A stretch of DNA of 64,000 nucleotides from the human T2T-CHM13v2.0 reference genome, Homo sapiens: assembly GCF_009914755.1 (NCBI RefSeq), contig NC_060935.1. One strand, 5' to 3'. Positions 1-12,904 of this stretch are shown here, piece by piece. Below the pieces are notes generated by a model. It was not told the DNA's origin and did no database searches. It saw nothing but the letters and a program-made list of their open reading frames with translations. Both the position numbers and the translations under genes were made by a program. Each line of letters starts with the position of its first letter. Position 1 is the first letter of the stretch.

Positions 1-1189
1 CATCTCCTGCCTACATCAGTGTTTCTAGGGGTTTGGAAAGTTGTTGAAGATGCTAAAGGCTGCAGGGCCTTGAATGGGGATGTCCAGCCTCGGAAAATCC
101 CCATCTTGGGCATTTGAAAGCCTTTCCCAGGCTGGAGGGAGTCTCAGCCCTTCACAGACTGGTGAACCATCAGCTCTGAAAGGGAGCTTCGGGAGTGACC
201 TTATCCAATCGCCTTTTGGCACAGATGGGTAAACCAAAGCCTGGAGAGGAAAGGTACTGCCCAAGCAAGACCTGGAGAGTGTTCCAGGGGTCCATGGTCC
301 TTTCTGGAAGAAACCTGAGGATGAGGCAGTTAGTGGATGGACAGGGGGTAGCCACAGGCAGAGGCCCTGGGAGGAACCACCTCTGGAATATTCAGGGATA
401 GCCTCCCTGCTTCAGGCTTCTCAAGAGGCAAGAGATCCCTCTCCCTCTCAAATCTTGTCCAGCTCCGGTTATGATGGAGCAGAGCATGAAGTGCCCCTGT
501 CCTTTCCTCCTGTCAGCTCTGAAATGAGAACATTCTTATAGGAGCGAACACATCTCTAGTGGGCTTCAGGGAACACCAGAAAGAAGTGTCCTGAAAGAAC
601 CAGGCCCTGCAGAGCTCTCTGGATCTAACAGCTCCCAGATGGCAAGGATGCCCCAATCCAAGTGCCATTTTCTGAGCAGGGACTGAGTGTCACGCACACT
701 TGGCACATCTTCATGGGAACCTCCAGTCCTCCCAGCGGCCCCGTAGTGGGGAGGTGTTTCATGGTTTTCTCAGCAGAAAAACAGAGGCGACAGAGTCATG
801 TAGGGCGAAGCGACTTGCTCAGGCACACAGAGCTGGGAAGTGGAAGGGGATGGAGCAGACTATAAACCTAAGCCCGTCCTTGGGTCTCTATGTCCCACTT
901 CTCTCCAAAACAAACAAGCTCTTAAAAAAAAATACTAACTGTTCATTGGCGTTCATTTTTGCCCACTTTAGATACTCTATATCCTCCTCTCCTTTTTCCT
1001 GTTTTAAATTGAAGTTGCAAATTCCCAGCACCCTAAAAAAACAAAAACACAAACAAAAATTCTCTCCAAGTCGAGAGATACGACAGGCCAGGACACCAGC
1101 CTCTCTGCATCTTCCAAAGTACAAGGACTCCCGTAGTACTTCTGTTCAGAAGCAGAACGTCTGTTTTTTTTTTTGTTTTTTTTTTTTGC

Positions 1190-1430
1190 CCTTGGACAAT
1201 GTGGTTCTAATATATATCAACAGAGCCAAAGCAAAGAAAAGCAACCCCCGCCCCTTCTTTTTTAAAAGACGTTAACTTCATTTCAAGAACTTGTGTGTTT
1301 CTCATTAGTAACGCTGCCTTTTGAAATCCAGCCGAGGGAGGCGATTCCAGTTGAAATCAAAACTGATATGCGAGAGTTTGACTTAAATGCCGCCCTGTCG
1401 GCCGGCTCGCTGCCTTGTTGGGGCTGATTG
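1190..1430. promoter_or_regulatory. Candidate enhancer / conserved non-coding element
   Basis: Unique, non-repeat sequence with locally retained CpGs (1060-1760) and short TF-like motifs (GACAATG, TCATTAG). Inference only; no conservation data. Confidence 0.3.
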
Positions 1431-2843
1431 CTACAGAGATGGGACAGGCAGGGCAGATGGCCAGCTCTCAGCTCCCTGTCCCACGTCAGCGGTGGGTCTC
1501 AGAGCGGCAGGGGAGCCTGCCAGGCAGGGCTCTTTCAACCTGGCTAGCTTCTCACCTGATGCGGGAGGTTGAGACAAGAGCTTGAGCTAACGACCTTGAA
1601 GTGGGGGACCTGGCGACCTGGACCTGGGGGTTGGGGGATGGGGTGGGCCACAGAAGGCAGGGGGCTCCAGCCACGATCACCGCCACACTCTGAGCCATTC
1701 CTACAAGACAGAGCGTGATCAACACGTCCCACGAGGAGCCGCACCACTCCTCCACTTCTAGGTTTTTCGAGCTGTTCTAAGCAGAAAACTCCTACTTTCT
1801 ATTTTCTTGGCCAGTTTTGGCATTTCTTCTCTGTAAGACCAGGCCTCCTGGAGAACATTAGGAAAATTGAAAAATCTTCCCATGGTCAGGCAAGGGGCCA
1901 CTCATGCTTCCTGCTGGTGGGGCCACTTTCTCCAGTGTCCGGACATGTCATTTTCTGCGTGGGCAAGCAGTTTCAGCCTTCACTAGGGATGACAGAGTGT
2001 GTTCTCTTCCTACCCTTCTCTTCTCTTCTGTCCACTGACCCCAAATTGGATTTTTTTTTCCTTAATAAAATGCTGTCTTGTTCTTCAGAGAGCCGATGCG
2101 GGCTGCTCTACATGCCAAAGATATTTATTTCAAGAACGACGGAAACCAACAGGATGGTTGCTCCAACCCAGCCCCCATCCCTGTCTAATCAGATTTTCCC
2201 CATGTTTCAAGACCTAGCAATGTTCCTCCTTCCATGGGAAACCTTTCTCTACCCTCTGCCCCGCCATGATGGCTACAGCCTTAAATTCACTGGTCTGAAC
2301 CAGTCCCTTTACAATTAAGGGAGTGATGTCTTTTGATCAAATTGTCCCTTCTTGCTTGATATTATTACTTAACTTTCCAGCCATCCAGACGTTTCTGTTT
2401 TGTCTCCTTAGCTGAGGGTGTGACTTCCTTGAGAACCTGACTCTTCTCCATGTCTGTGTCCCCAGGTCTTTATCACACAGAGACTTACATGGGTTTGCAA
2501 ACAATAGCAGTAATGATTAAAACGACTATGAACACATATTTTGACTTTAACCTGTGTTCTTATCCGTCTGTTTAATAGAAACTCCCTTAGAAAAATAAAA
2601 AGTGTTTCAAGAGATGACCAGATTAATCTTTATTGAGTCACTTTCTCTTTAAGGCCGCTCTGGTCCTGAGAGTTTTGACAGTGGAATTTGTTGGGCACCA
2701 TGAGCTTGGCCTGTGCCAGATGCTTTCTCATGCATTACTTTGTTTAAAGAATTGAGGGATTTGTCGATAAATGGATTCAGTTTTCCATAAGGGAGACTGA
2801 AGACTCCCACCCCCATCTTCCCAAATTAGGTTTGGGGAAACAG

Positions 2844-3030
2844 GAGGCAGTGTGGGTTGTGAAGAGCTGGCCAGACCTGCCTGGGTTCAAATCCCAGCTT
2901 CTTCCCACAGCCACATTGGAACCCTGGGCAAGTGACTTGGCACCTCTGGTCTTTAGTTTCCTCATCTGTAAAATGGGGATCATCTTGGTACCTTCCTTGC
3001 AGCGTGATGGTTTAGATGAAGTGAATTCAT
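2844..3030 (+). mobile_element. MIR SINE
   Basis: MIR core CCTGGGTTCAAATCCCAGCT...GGGCAAGTGACTT...TTTCCTCATCTGTAAAATGGGGAT. Confidence 0.85.
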
Positions 3031-4629
3031 AGTAACATTGTATTTGCTACCATTCGTTGAGCTTTACTAGGCTAGGCACTATGCTGAGTGCTTGACAAGG
3101 AAGTAAATGTGAAAAGCTTAGGCATCAGCTATTCTACAAATCTTTCCTGCTCTTTACACCCACTTTGCCGATTGAGTGAGCTCCACTGTGATATAGTTTG
3201 TGTCTTGTCCTCACAGCTCCCACCCTGTTTATGTCTATTGTGTCTTGTGTGAGTGTTTGACATCACTCTTCCCCATTAGAAACTCCCAGAGAGCCAAGAC
3301 CTTGTCTGTTTTCACTCCCACTACTTATCCAGGGCCTGCCTAGGTACTCAATAAACTTTAGCTTCCATTTCCCCTGGGTCCCTCTTCTGAATTAGATTAG
3401 AGCTCTCCTTGCCTCCCTGAGAGCCCTGTATCTAGGACTGGCAACAGAGGCCGTGGGGCAGGGATTTTATGCTCAACTTATGAATGTTTGAGCCATGCAG
3501 GGATGGCTTCTCATGACTGCAACGTACAGAATCCTATGTTCCCACTCCTGCAGATGACTTGGCATTTGGTGGCCAACCCCTCTTCCCCACTCAATTACCC
3601 TCGCTCCTCCTTTCAGGATGTGCTCCAATGCCACCTCCTCTGAGAAACATTTTTTTTGACTATTACAGGCTTAGATATCTAAAAATAATTGTGAGCACAG
3701 GCTGTATCATAGACTTAGATATCTAGAAATAATTATGAATCTTGTTCATTGGACTCAGCTCCCTGGCAGCTCACTGAAGCTCCGAATTCCCAGTGCCCAG
3801 TACAGAGTTAGTGATCAGCAAGTGTGACTTGAATGAATCCTGTCAAAGCAAAATAAAATCAAGCCCAAATCACTCCCACACTGGCCAGAAAAGGCCAGTA
3901 TACACCTTTGTAATTTACACAGCTGGTTTCTTTCTTAATTCATTCAAAAAATATTTATGGAGCACCAGTGTGGTACCAGGCCCTATCCTGGGTGCTGGGT
4001 GCTGAGTACTGGGGAGTCAGTGGTGAACTGGGCAGACTCATTCCTGAGTCCTGGCACTCACAGTCCAGGCCAGTGAATTCATGGACACCACAAGGCCAAG
4101 GCCAAAATAAAACCAGGAAGTTGGAAGACATAAGTCTCCCTGCCAGACACGGCCTGGAAGCCACCATCCCCAAGGTAACAGTGAGCTGTCTCTCCACAGG
4201 GTTGTATGGGTCTGGCTCCTTTTCCTGGCTGCGGCACCTGAGGGCTTAGCGGAGCAGACAAGCAGGGATGAAACCATCCTGCTTGTAAGGCAGGGCTCAC
4301 CCTCTGAACTCAGGGCCAGGGAGGACTCTGTCCACCCAGAACCAGCTGGGCTGCCCAGCTGTGGGCCGGCACCGCTGAAAGGTCCTAATTAGCTCATTTC
4401 CCCAGCCCCGTGGGCTGCAAGCAGGCTCCCTTCACCTTTTGCCCTGCTCCATCTCACTCAATTTAGCAGTTCAAGGTTCACCGTGGTGTCAGGGTGGGGA
4501 CAGGGAAAACGCCCCCTCCCTCCCACTCCCATGCCATTAAATAAAACCATTCCTTTGTGGCGGCTCCACCTGGAAGACTTTGGAATTCTTTCCCCCATCC
4601 CCAGCCTGGTTCTGATGGCTGCATCGAGG

Positions 4630-4810
4630 GGTAGGCTGTGGATTCAGAGCCCAGCTGCAAACTCTGGCTCTGTCATTTAACCAGCACCTGTGTGATCTTG
4701 AGCAAGTGACTCACCGTCTCTGACTCTCAGTATTTTTCATTATAAGGACCAACATCCACTTTACTTGGTGGTTATGAGGATTTAATGGGATAAGGCCTGT
4801 AAGGCAAGGT
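4630..4810 (+). mobile_element. MIR SINE
   Basis: TGTGTGATCTTGAGCAAGTGACTCACCGTCTCTGACTCTCAGT...GTTATGAGGATTTAATGGGATAA. Confidence 0.75.
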
Positions 4811-5522
4811 CCCAGAGCCTGGACAGAGTCTGCCCTCAGTTCAAGCCCCTGTACTCTGCTCAACTTTCCCCAGACTATAGACCCCACGGGGGTAGGCACA
4901 GTGTCTGCTTCGCTCACCATTGCATTTCCAGCATCTTCCATGGATCCTGGACATAGGAGGAGCTTCCCTACTCCTTTCTTTAATCAACAAGCATTTGCTG
5001 AAGGCCTCCCGTGTGCCAGGCCCTGGGCTCAAGACATATCTGTTTAATAAATAAATAAATAAATGCTTTCTTCTTCCCGTACCTGCTTCTTCAGGGCTGA
5101 GCCCTGGGTAAAACAGGGACCTCGGCCAAGAATTCACAGTGTGGATGGGGCATAGGACATAGGGTCGGGAGGCCAGGAAAGCTCTGGATTCTGGGTTCAG
5201 GTCTGCCCTCAGCAGCCGGCGTCTCTTAGGAAACGGGGCTTTCTTCCTTGTCCCCTACCCCATCCATGCCCACACTCCCAACCTCAGGGGCTGCTGGGTG
5301 AGCCATGAGCTCCCGACCTTCCCCTGTCACTGGCTGAGTCTGAAAACCTCCCCGTGCACCTCTCAGGTAAGGGAGTGGGGATAAATATTCCTACTTCCAG
5401 GATGGTGTGTGGTATTGGCCAGGTATGAAACAGGAATAAGAATTGTAAAGAGCCTAGCACGGCGCCTGGCCAGGGGAGGAGGTGATCATGTTAGCCTCCT
5501 TCCCTGCAGCCAGTGCCATAGC

Positions 5523-5672
5523 AACCTGTTACTCAAAGTGTGGTCAGTCCTCAGACCTGGGAGCTGGTTAGAAACAAGGACTCCCAGGCTCCACCCCAGC
5601 CCCAGCGAATCTAAATCTGCATTTTGCCAAGATCCCCAGGCTTGGTGTGCACATTGAGTTCGAGAAACTCTG
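5523..5672 (+). mobile_element. MER5A-like hAT-Charlie MITE
   Basis: CTCAAAGTGTGGTC...GGAGCTGGTTAGAAA...AATCTGCATTTT...AAGATCCCCAGG...GAGAAACTCTG. Confidence 0.75.
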
Positions 5673-5762
5673 CTCTCTGACATGCCCTGGAGCTAGCCAC
5701 CACCTCTCTACGTCTGTTTCTTCAACTGTAAATTCGGGTGATGTTAAAAATAATAACTGGAT

Positions 5763-5891
5763 AAGCCAAACAGAATGAGGAAATCCAGTCTGGATCAAAA
5801 GAATGGGATAGCATATTCCAAAGCCAAACAGAATGAGGAAATCCAGTCTGGATCAAAAGAATGGGATGGCATATTCCAAAGTCAAACAGAA
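5763..5891. repeat. 58-bp tandem duplication (2.2 copies)
   Basis: 5763-5820 and 5821-5878 are identical except for one A/G; a partial third copy lies at 5879-5891. Confidence 0.95.
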
Positions 5892-6169
5892 AGGGACTGG
5901 GGGCTTTCTGCCGGTCTCTGGGCCACAGCTCTGTTGGTTGCTGGAAGCAGATGGAACCCAAGAATGGGGGCAGCAGAGGGGCACTGGGGTCATCTCTTCC
6001 ATCCTGTGTTGGGTTTAAAAATAGACCTAAGGGAGGGTCTGGACGGGCAAAAGACCTTCTCCTGCTTCTCCTTATTATGGGGCCTGTAGAGGGGAGGTCA
6101 GGAACCACGCCCCATCCTGTGGTTTACAGGACCCCTCCCTAATAAAGCAGAGGGCTGGGAGGCCGTGCA

Positions 6170-6310
6170 TTCCAGGGTACATAATTAAAACCAATGAGGG
6201 TTATTTGGAATAACAGACCGTTTAGTCGGAAGCACTTGCCATGCTAATTCAAACAAGGTGATTACAGGCGATTAGCAAGCCTAATGGCTTCAGTTTAAAA
6301 ACAGCCTAGC
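6170..6310. promoter_or_regulatory. Candidate enhancer (homeodomain TAAT/ATTA motif cluster)
   Basis: Unique sequence with TAATTA, CCAAT, CTAATT, GATTAC, GATTAG and CTAATG within 140 bp. Confidence 0.3.
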
Positions 6311-6663
6311 GGAGAGATGAGCGAGTGGCCTCTGCTGCTTCTGGTGAGCAGTGGAGGGGACTGACCTGGGACTGAAATTCACAAGGTCAGTGCCACGGGG
6401 GCTTGTGGGCCTCCCACCTAGGTAAGACACTGGCCCAGTGCAAACTGCTTCCAGGGTGGAAGAGGCTGACCCTGCCTGGGGAGAGTCAGAAGTCAACCTG
6501 TTCAAGCATACCCAGACACCTTTGCCTGCCCCACAGAAACTGGGTCTTTCCTGTCTCTTTAGCCCCATCCCCTGTGGCCTCTTCAGTACAGAGGCTGGGT
6601 CTTGAGGCCCCTGCATCCTTGAAAGGGAATGTTTATGGGTATACCTACACACACCTAATATCT

Positions 6664-6963
6664 TTTTTTTGTTTGTTTTTTTGAGACAGAGTTTCTCTGT
6701 TGCCTAGGCTGGAGTGCAGTGGCGTGATCACGGTCACTGTAGCCTCATATTCCCAGCTCAGGTAATCCTCCCACCTCAGCTCTCTGGTAGCTGGGACTAG
6801 AGGCACATGCCACCATGCCTGGCTAATTAAAAAAATTTTTTTTGTAGAGATGGGGGTTACCCTATATTGCCCAGGCTGGTCCCAAACTCCTGGGCTCAAA
6901 TGATCTGCCTGCTTCAGCCTCCCAGAGTGTTGGGATTACAGGCATGAGCCACTGCATCAGGCC
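6664..6963 (-). mobile_element. Alu (AluJ-type)
   Basis: Full Alu dimer on the minus strand; 16-bp TSD CACACACCTAATATCT at 6648-6663 and 6964-6979. Confidence 0.97.
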
Positions 6964-7189
6964 CACACACCTAATATCTTATTCAGCACTGTACTAAGCA
7001 ATTCATACATGTCATCTCATTAATTCATTTAAGTCAGCACCAATTGTTGTCTCCATATGACGGAGGAGGAGCTTGGATGCAGACAGATTGTCTGAAAGTG
7101 ACAAAGCCAGGCCTGTTACCCAACTCCTCCTGTCTCTGAAACCCTTCTATTATCTTGCTGAATGCATATCACAAGGTGGGCACTTTCAC

Positions 7190-7300
7190 TGCAATTCCCA
7201 TCTTACAGTCTAGGGGACTAAAGCTCAGAGGAACTAAGGAACTTGCCAAAGGTCCCTGTCACCTGGCGAATGGCAGAACTGGGATTTGACCCTGATTTTG
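7190..7300 (-). mobile_element. MIR SINE
   Basis: ATTCCCATCTTACAG...AAAGCTCAGAG...ACTTGCCAAAGGTC...CTGGGATTTGACCC. Confidence 0.7.
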
Positions 7301-7439
7301 CTGATGCAAAACCTTCGTTCTCAAGCACCCTGGAGAGGGAGCAGAATTGCAGCCAAGCTTGGATGGAGAGGGGAACAGCAGGGAGACTTGTCAGGGAAGG
7401 GCATCCGAGGTACAGGGAATGGCACAGATACACAAAATA

Positions 7440-8900
7440 GGGAGTTTTCGGTGGCTAGAGACCAAAACCCCACACTGACCTGCTTAAACTTATTTAATAA
7501 GGAATATGTATTATCACCAGAAACAAGAAGTCCTGAGGACTGCCTAATTTAGAGGCTTCATGCTGTCCTCAAGTACACAGGCCTCCTGCCTTTCTGCCTC
7601 CCTTCCATCAGATATTGCTAGGCACCTTTCTCTGTACCAAGCATGCTCTTAGGCTCTGGGGTTACAGTGGGGAAAAAAACCAAGTCCTTGCCTTGGTGGC
7701 GCTTACATTATTGTGTGAAAGATGATTAAATAGACGCATACACACACGCTGTATATATATCATGTATATTATATGTATGGCATATATACATGATACATAG
7801 GGCGAGAATGCCTAATATGAAAATCCAAAATGCTTCAAATTCTGAAACTTTTTGAGCGCCAACATGATGCCACAAACGGTAAATTTTACACACAGTCTCA
7901 CTTGATGGGTCACAGTGAAAACGCAGGTGCAGAACACGGTTTATTCTGGGTCCCCAAAGCAAAAATGAAATTACATTCAGGCTGTGTACATGAGGTGCAC
8001 ATAAATCATAAATAAATTTTGTCTTTAGACTTGGGTCCCATCCTTCAGATATCTCATTATGTAATGTGAATATTCCAAAATCTGAAAAAAAAAAAAAAAA
8101 AAACAAAAAACCCTGAAATCTGCAACACCTCTGGTCTCAACTATTTCAGATAGGGGATACTCAGTCTGTTTAATATGTACTCATATATAAGTGTTTATGA
8201 TATATTATATAGACACAGTGTATGTGTATATTATACACAATGCATGTGTATGTAATTTAAATATATAACACAATGTCAATTAAAAGCTATGAATAACAAA
8301 GCAAGAGAATAGAATGGCAGAGGGGAGAGAAGTCAGAGGAGTCTATCTGAGGAGCTGATATTTGAGCAGAGACCTTAATGAAGTGAAGGGGTGAGCCAGG
8401 TGAGAGCTGAGGGAAAGTGTTCTTGGCAGAGGGAATTGCAGGTGCAAAGGCCCTGGGGTAGGGTGGTGCTTGCAGTGGAATGTGTGAGTTGTGTATGCTC
8501 TGAGGGTCAGGTTCTCGTGCAGATGAGTCCCCCTCATGGTGGCCAAGTGACCATAGCAGTTCCAGGCACCATAGGCAGACATGACGCTGGCCAGTGAATA
8601 AGAGGGGGGTCTCTTCCCTGTATATCATGCCTTTTGTAAATCAATGAAGAAACTCTTCCTGAGAGCCCCAGCAGGTTTCTCATTAATCTTCTTGGACAGA
8701 ATTATATCACAGACCCATGTCTAAACCAGTCCCAGACAGGGGAATGGGACCTACGGTGGTTGGCTTAGTAAGGGAGACACCCTTGGAACTGGCAATGGGA
8801 CCATCCTTTGGTAGGGGAGAGGAGGTAGATATTCCCCCCCAAAAAATGGGGCCCTGCCAGGAAGGAGGAGGAGAAAAGGCTGCCAGGCAGGCAACCACTG
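7440..8900 (-). mobile_element. Old MLT1 (J/K-like) LTR split by an L2 fragment (~7600-8520), itself split by a Tigger4
   Basis: MLT1-like pieces at 7440-7595 and 8530-8900; L2-like pieces at 7610-7720 and 8290-8500. Confidence 0.5.
7797..8168 (+). mobile_element. Tigger4b (Zombi)-like TcMar MITE
   Basis: AATCCAAAATGCTTCAAATTCTGAAACTTTTTGAGCGCCAACATGATG...TTTAGACTTGGGTCCCATCC...GGGGATACTCAGTCTG, inserted in a TA-rich tract. Confidence 0.8.
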
Positions 8901-9576
8901 TGTCTGGCATGGCAGGAGCTGAGTTCTGGCTGATGAAAGCATTTCCATGTGGCTATGCCCCTGATTACTGTATCAAGTGGGCCTGTGGGCCTGCTCCCCC
9001 TTTCTTCCTGGAGCACCTCTCTTCTTCGCCTTCATCCCCCATCCCCCAATCTACCTCAACACTTGGCTTTCAGAATAACTCCATGCTGGGGAAAAGAAGC
9101 AGCTGAACTAAAACAATGAACTAAAAAGCCCATCTTTTGACAATATTCACATTTGGAGAAGTAAAAAATTAAATGACGTGCTGGTATTTTGAAAACGAAG
9201 GTTTCACAAGTCTATTTAAAAGAAAGTGTCCCTTAAAGCAGTTGGAGGAATATCTTGCCCCTGGTTTAGATTTTCTAAGGCCTGGGCTTGACAGAAACCC
9301 ACACAGCCATTGCCCTGCTTACCTTGCCCCATCATCGCCATGACCAGGAGGTGCATGGGAAGGAGTCTAGAAATCTGGGAGGCTGGGACTCTGTACAAGA
9401 GCTATGCAGTCTGAGGTCTGAGCTGGAAGGGAGCCTGGAGGATTGGAGGCTCAGAAGGCTCAGACTGTCAATCGTTGGAGATTCTTCTGCAGGGGATGGG
9501 GAGGTGGCAGCTGCTAGGAAGGAGAGAACTTGGGCCATACCAGAGTCCAGACCCCTTGTTTGGCTGAGAGCAGGGA

Positions 9577-10120
9577 GGTATTCCCTCTTGGTTGCAAGTG
9601 GCAGAAACCTAATGAAAACTGGCTTAAGCAAAAAGGAAAATATATTGGCTCCTGTAATTGAGAATTCCAAGTGTCAATGGCTTCAGGCATGGCTAGATCC
9701 AGCGGTTCTGTGTCTTTGTCTCTCTCTACCTCTGACTCTGCTTTTCTCTGTGGCTTTCTTTCAGGCAGTCTTTCTTTCTCCACAGTGGGAAAGACACCCA
9801 CTGGAAGCCTAAGACATACGTGGTGCTGCCATCTTGGGATCCTAAGGAGGAGACACTCTATCTCTTCCAGCATCCATATAGCAAAGGCGTGAAAGCACAC
9901 TGACCTTCCCTGCCTGGGTTGCATCTCCAATTCGTAGTCCATTTACTATGGATGGGGGTGGGGTGGGGTGGGGTTCCACAATTTGTAGGCATGGATTGTG
10001 TGCCTACCTCTGTCATCAGGGGACAAGCAGGGCACTGAGATTGTTCCCTAGGAGCTGTGGGATGGAGTGGCAGATGCCCTAATAGACATGGATCCTGCAG
10101 AATGAACCACAGCTGCCCAC
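9577..10120 (-). mobile_element. MLT1K-like MaLR LTR
   Basis: TTGGTTGCAAGTGGCAGAAACC...CTGGCTTAAGCAAAAAGGAAAATATATTGGCTC...GGCTTCAGGCATGGCTAGATCCAG. Confidence 0.65.
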
Positions 10121-10455
10121 CTTAGGAAGTGACTGGTTCAGTATCACCCTAGTGCTAAGAGGCAAAGTCTGCTTCAGCCCAGTGTCCTTAGCCATGGTCC
10201 AGTGTGCTTCCCATCATGCCACAGGCCTGCAGAGGACACTGGGAGTCTCTTGTTGGGGCTGAAGTGTCTATGATGATTATGATGGGGTTAGGGTGGGTGT
10301 GGCCAAGGTCTTAGCCATGATCTCAGGCAGCCGTGATGTAATGGGCAGGTCTGGGCTCAGTGTCCCTGAGAGGATTCTGACTCTGCCTTTTCCTTTGTAA
10401 TTGGGACAACTTAGTTAACTTTGTAGACCCTCAGTTTTCTCATCTATAAAAGGGG

Positions 10456-10820
10456 TGATATGGCCCAGCTCTGTGTCCCCACCCAAATCTCATCTTGAAT
10501 TGTAATCTGAATTGTAATTCCCACATGTTGGGGGAGGGACCTGGTGGGAGGTGATTACATCATAGGGGTGGTCTCCCCAGGCTGTTCTCATAATACTGAG
10601 TGAGTTCTCACAAGATCTGATGGTTTTGTAAGGGACTTCCCCCTTCGCTCACCACTCATTCTTTCTCCTGCTTCCCTGTGAAGAGGTGCCTTCTGCCATG
10701 ACTGTAAGTTTCCTGAGGCCTCCCAAGCCATGTGGAACTGTGAGTCAATTAAACCTCTTTTCTTTATAAATTACCCAGTCTTGGGTATTTTTAATAGCAG
10801 CATGAAAACAGACAAATACA
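10456..10820 (+). mobile_element. THE1 (C/D-like) solo LTR inserted in a MIR
   Basis: TGATATGG...CCCACCCAAATCTCATCTTGAATTGTAA...AATTAAACCTCTTTTCTTTATAAATTACCCAGTC...AATACA; 5-bp TSD AGGGG at 10451-10455 and 10821-10825; MIR sequence on both sides. Confidence 0.92.
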
Positions 10821-11041
10821 AGGGGGATAATAAATGCCCATGTCCTGGGACTGAGTGAATTATTGATAATCCTTGCATGGATAGACAAAGGGGGACGGGA
10901 GATGAGCTCCAGGAGCTTTGCTCATGGAGGGTTGCCCCAGGGACAGAGGGCAGAGATGTTCCCTGGCCTCTGGAGTGGTGTTGGCAGGAGGTGGTCTGTG
11001 TGGGGCCTCTCAGAATTGACTGTTACCTATGGGGGTCAGGG

Positions 11042-11225
11042 TAGGGTTGTGAGATTTAGCAAATAAAAATACAGGATGCCCAATTAAATTTGAATTTCAG
11101 ATAATCAATAATTTTTCGGTACTGGATAACTATGTCTCACACAATATGTGGGACACGCTTATAGTAAAAACTTACTTGTTATTCAGCTGTAATTCAAACT
11201 TCTTGTACTTTATCTGGCAACACCA
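11042..11225 (+). mobile_element. MER53 palindromic hAT MITE
   Basis: TAGGGTTG..AGATTTAGCAAATAAAAATACAGGATGCCCAATTAAATTTGAATTTCAGATAA...TTATCTGGCAACACCA; 8-bp TSD GGTCAGGG/GGTAAGGG. Confidence 0.85.
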
Positions 11226-12339
11226 GGTAAGGGGAAGGAGCATGTGGGGGTCCAACTGATTCAGGCCGATGACCCCGATCCCAAAGGTGCTACCAGTCTC
11301 CTGGCCCCCTCCATGCCTCCCAAGCTCCTCAGAGGTTAGCTTGCTCTTCTAAAAATATTTTTAAGGACTAGCCCCACCCTGGTGTTCCAGGAGACTTTTT
11401 CAGGGCTGTTACAGGCCAAAGGACATACTGGAAACTTGTTTCTTTGGTCAGAGGTTTCTTTGTGGATGTGCAACAGCAGGAGACCTTGAGAAGAAAGGTG
11501 AGTGGGCACCAAAGGGGAGAAGAGCCATGGCCTCAGCACCCTAGGGCCCTGTAGACCACAGGGTTTGGTGTCCCTGCACTTCCTGGACCTACTAGGCTTG
11601 GGATAGGCCAGGTGACCAGAACAGGAATTATAGTTGTATTGGAGAGGAAAGGTCTTGGGGAAGATTAGATGATAGCTCAAAGATTAATCTCCTTCCTTAC
11701 TGAGCCCCTGACTTCTAAAATCAACTCCGGTCCTGTGCCCAGGCCTCAGCCTCCCTCACCTCTGAGATGTACTCAACTCTTTCATTCCTGCAGAGATGAA
11801 CAGGAAGAGAGTCCCCAGAGTTAAGGGGCTTTGGTGCTTGGAAGAAAGATGATCTAGCTGTCTGAACCACAGGCCCTGCCTCCTGGGATGGGCCCTGGCC
11901 AGCCCAAAGCTCTTCTCTCTGTAGACCTGAAGCTTTGAAGGATGTGTAGAAGGCAGGCCAGTAGCCTCCCTCAGCTCAGATCAGTGCTTCCTTCCAGCCC
12001 AGCTCAGCTTGGGTTGTGGTGAGAACATAGGCCTGAAGTGAGAGCCCCAGCTCTGCCCCTTCCTAGCCGCAGCTCCACCTCTCTGAGCCTCAGTTTCCCA
12101 TCTGGAAAAATGGGGCTAATCCAACTTGACCTTCCCACCTCATAGGCAGATATGGTAGATGAAAGTGCCTTACCCATGATAAGAACAAAACAATGAGAGG
12201 AGTTAAGATGCTCCTTGGAGGAGTGCACACTGTTCCCTCCCAGAACATCCTCTCCCTTTTTTCCCCCCAGGAATACACACTTGTGGTATATATTATTGAT
12301 GGTGTAGATTTTGTCACTAGTAACTCCAGCAGAAGAGTT

Positions 12340-12720
12340 GTGATGTAAGAAACTAGGACTGCAGTGAGAGATCTGTGGGGCACCAGTCCCCTTCCATCTT
12401 GTTGCTCCATCTGCTTGGGAACTGGCCTCACTCACGTGGTTTAGAGGGGCTCACCACCATGTCCACATTCCAGCTAGAGGGAAGTGGAGGGGTTGTGTGT
12501 GCTCCTTTTCATTAAAGGCATGGCCTGAGTGATGTAGCTAAATCACCTCTACTTGCCTCCTATTGGCCACATCATAGTCACATAGCCAAAGCCAGCTGCA
12601 AAGGAGGCTGGGAAATGTAGTCTTTCTTTTTGGGTGGCTACTTCGCTAAAAATCAGGAGTTCTAATATTACAGAAGAAAGAGAGAATGGATTTTAAGAGA
12701 CTCTGGCAGTCCCTGCCACA
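12340..12720 (-). mobile_element. MLT1 (J-like) LTR fragment
   Basis: TATTGGCCA...AGTCACATAGCC...CAGCTGCAAAGGAGGCTGGGAAATGTAGTCTTT...CTGCCACA. Confidence 0.65.
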
Positions 12721-12904
12721 GATGTCAGCAGTTTTCTCACTCGGCACTTTAGTTTGCTGAATTGATGTTTACTGAGCATGGATTAAATGCCAAACCTTTT
12801 GCAAGAATCTGCGGAGGCAAAGAGGAAACAGTCCTTGATCTAACCTGGTGTAATGGAAAGGGTAGATTGGGAGCTGAGAGACTGGCAGTCAGTCTCTTGA
12901 ACGC

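Noticed and set aside
700-1275. 191-aa ORF
   Set aside because: Non-ATG start, runs through A and T homopolymers, no recognisable domain.
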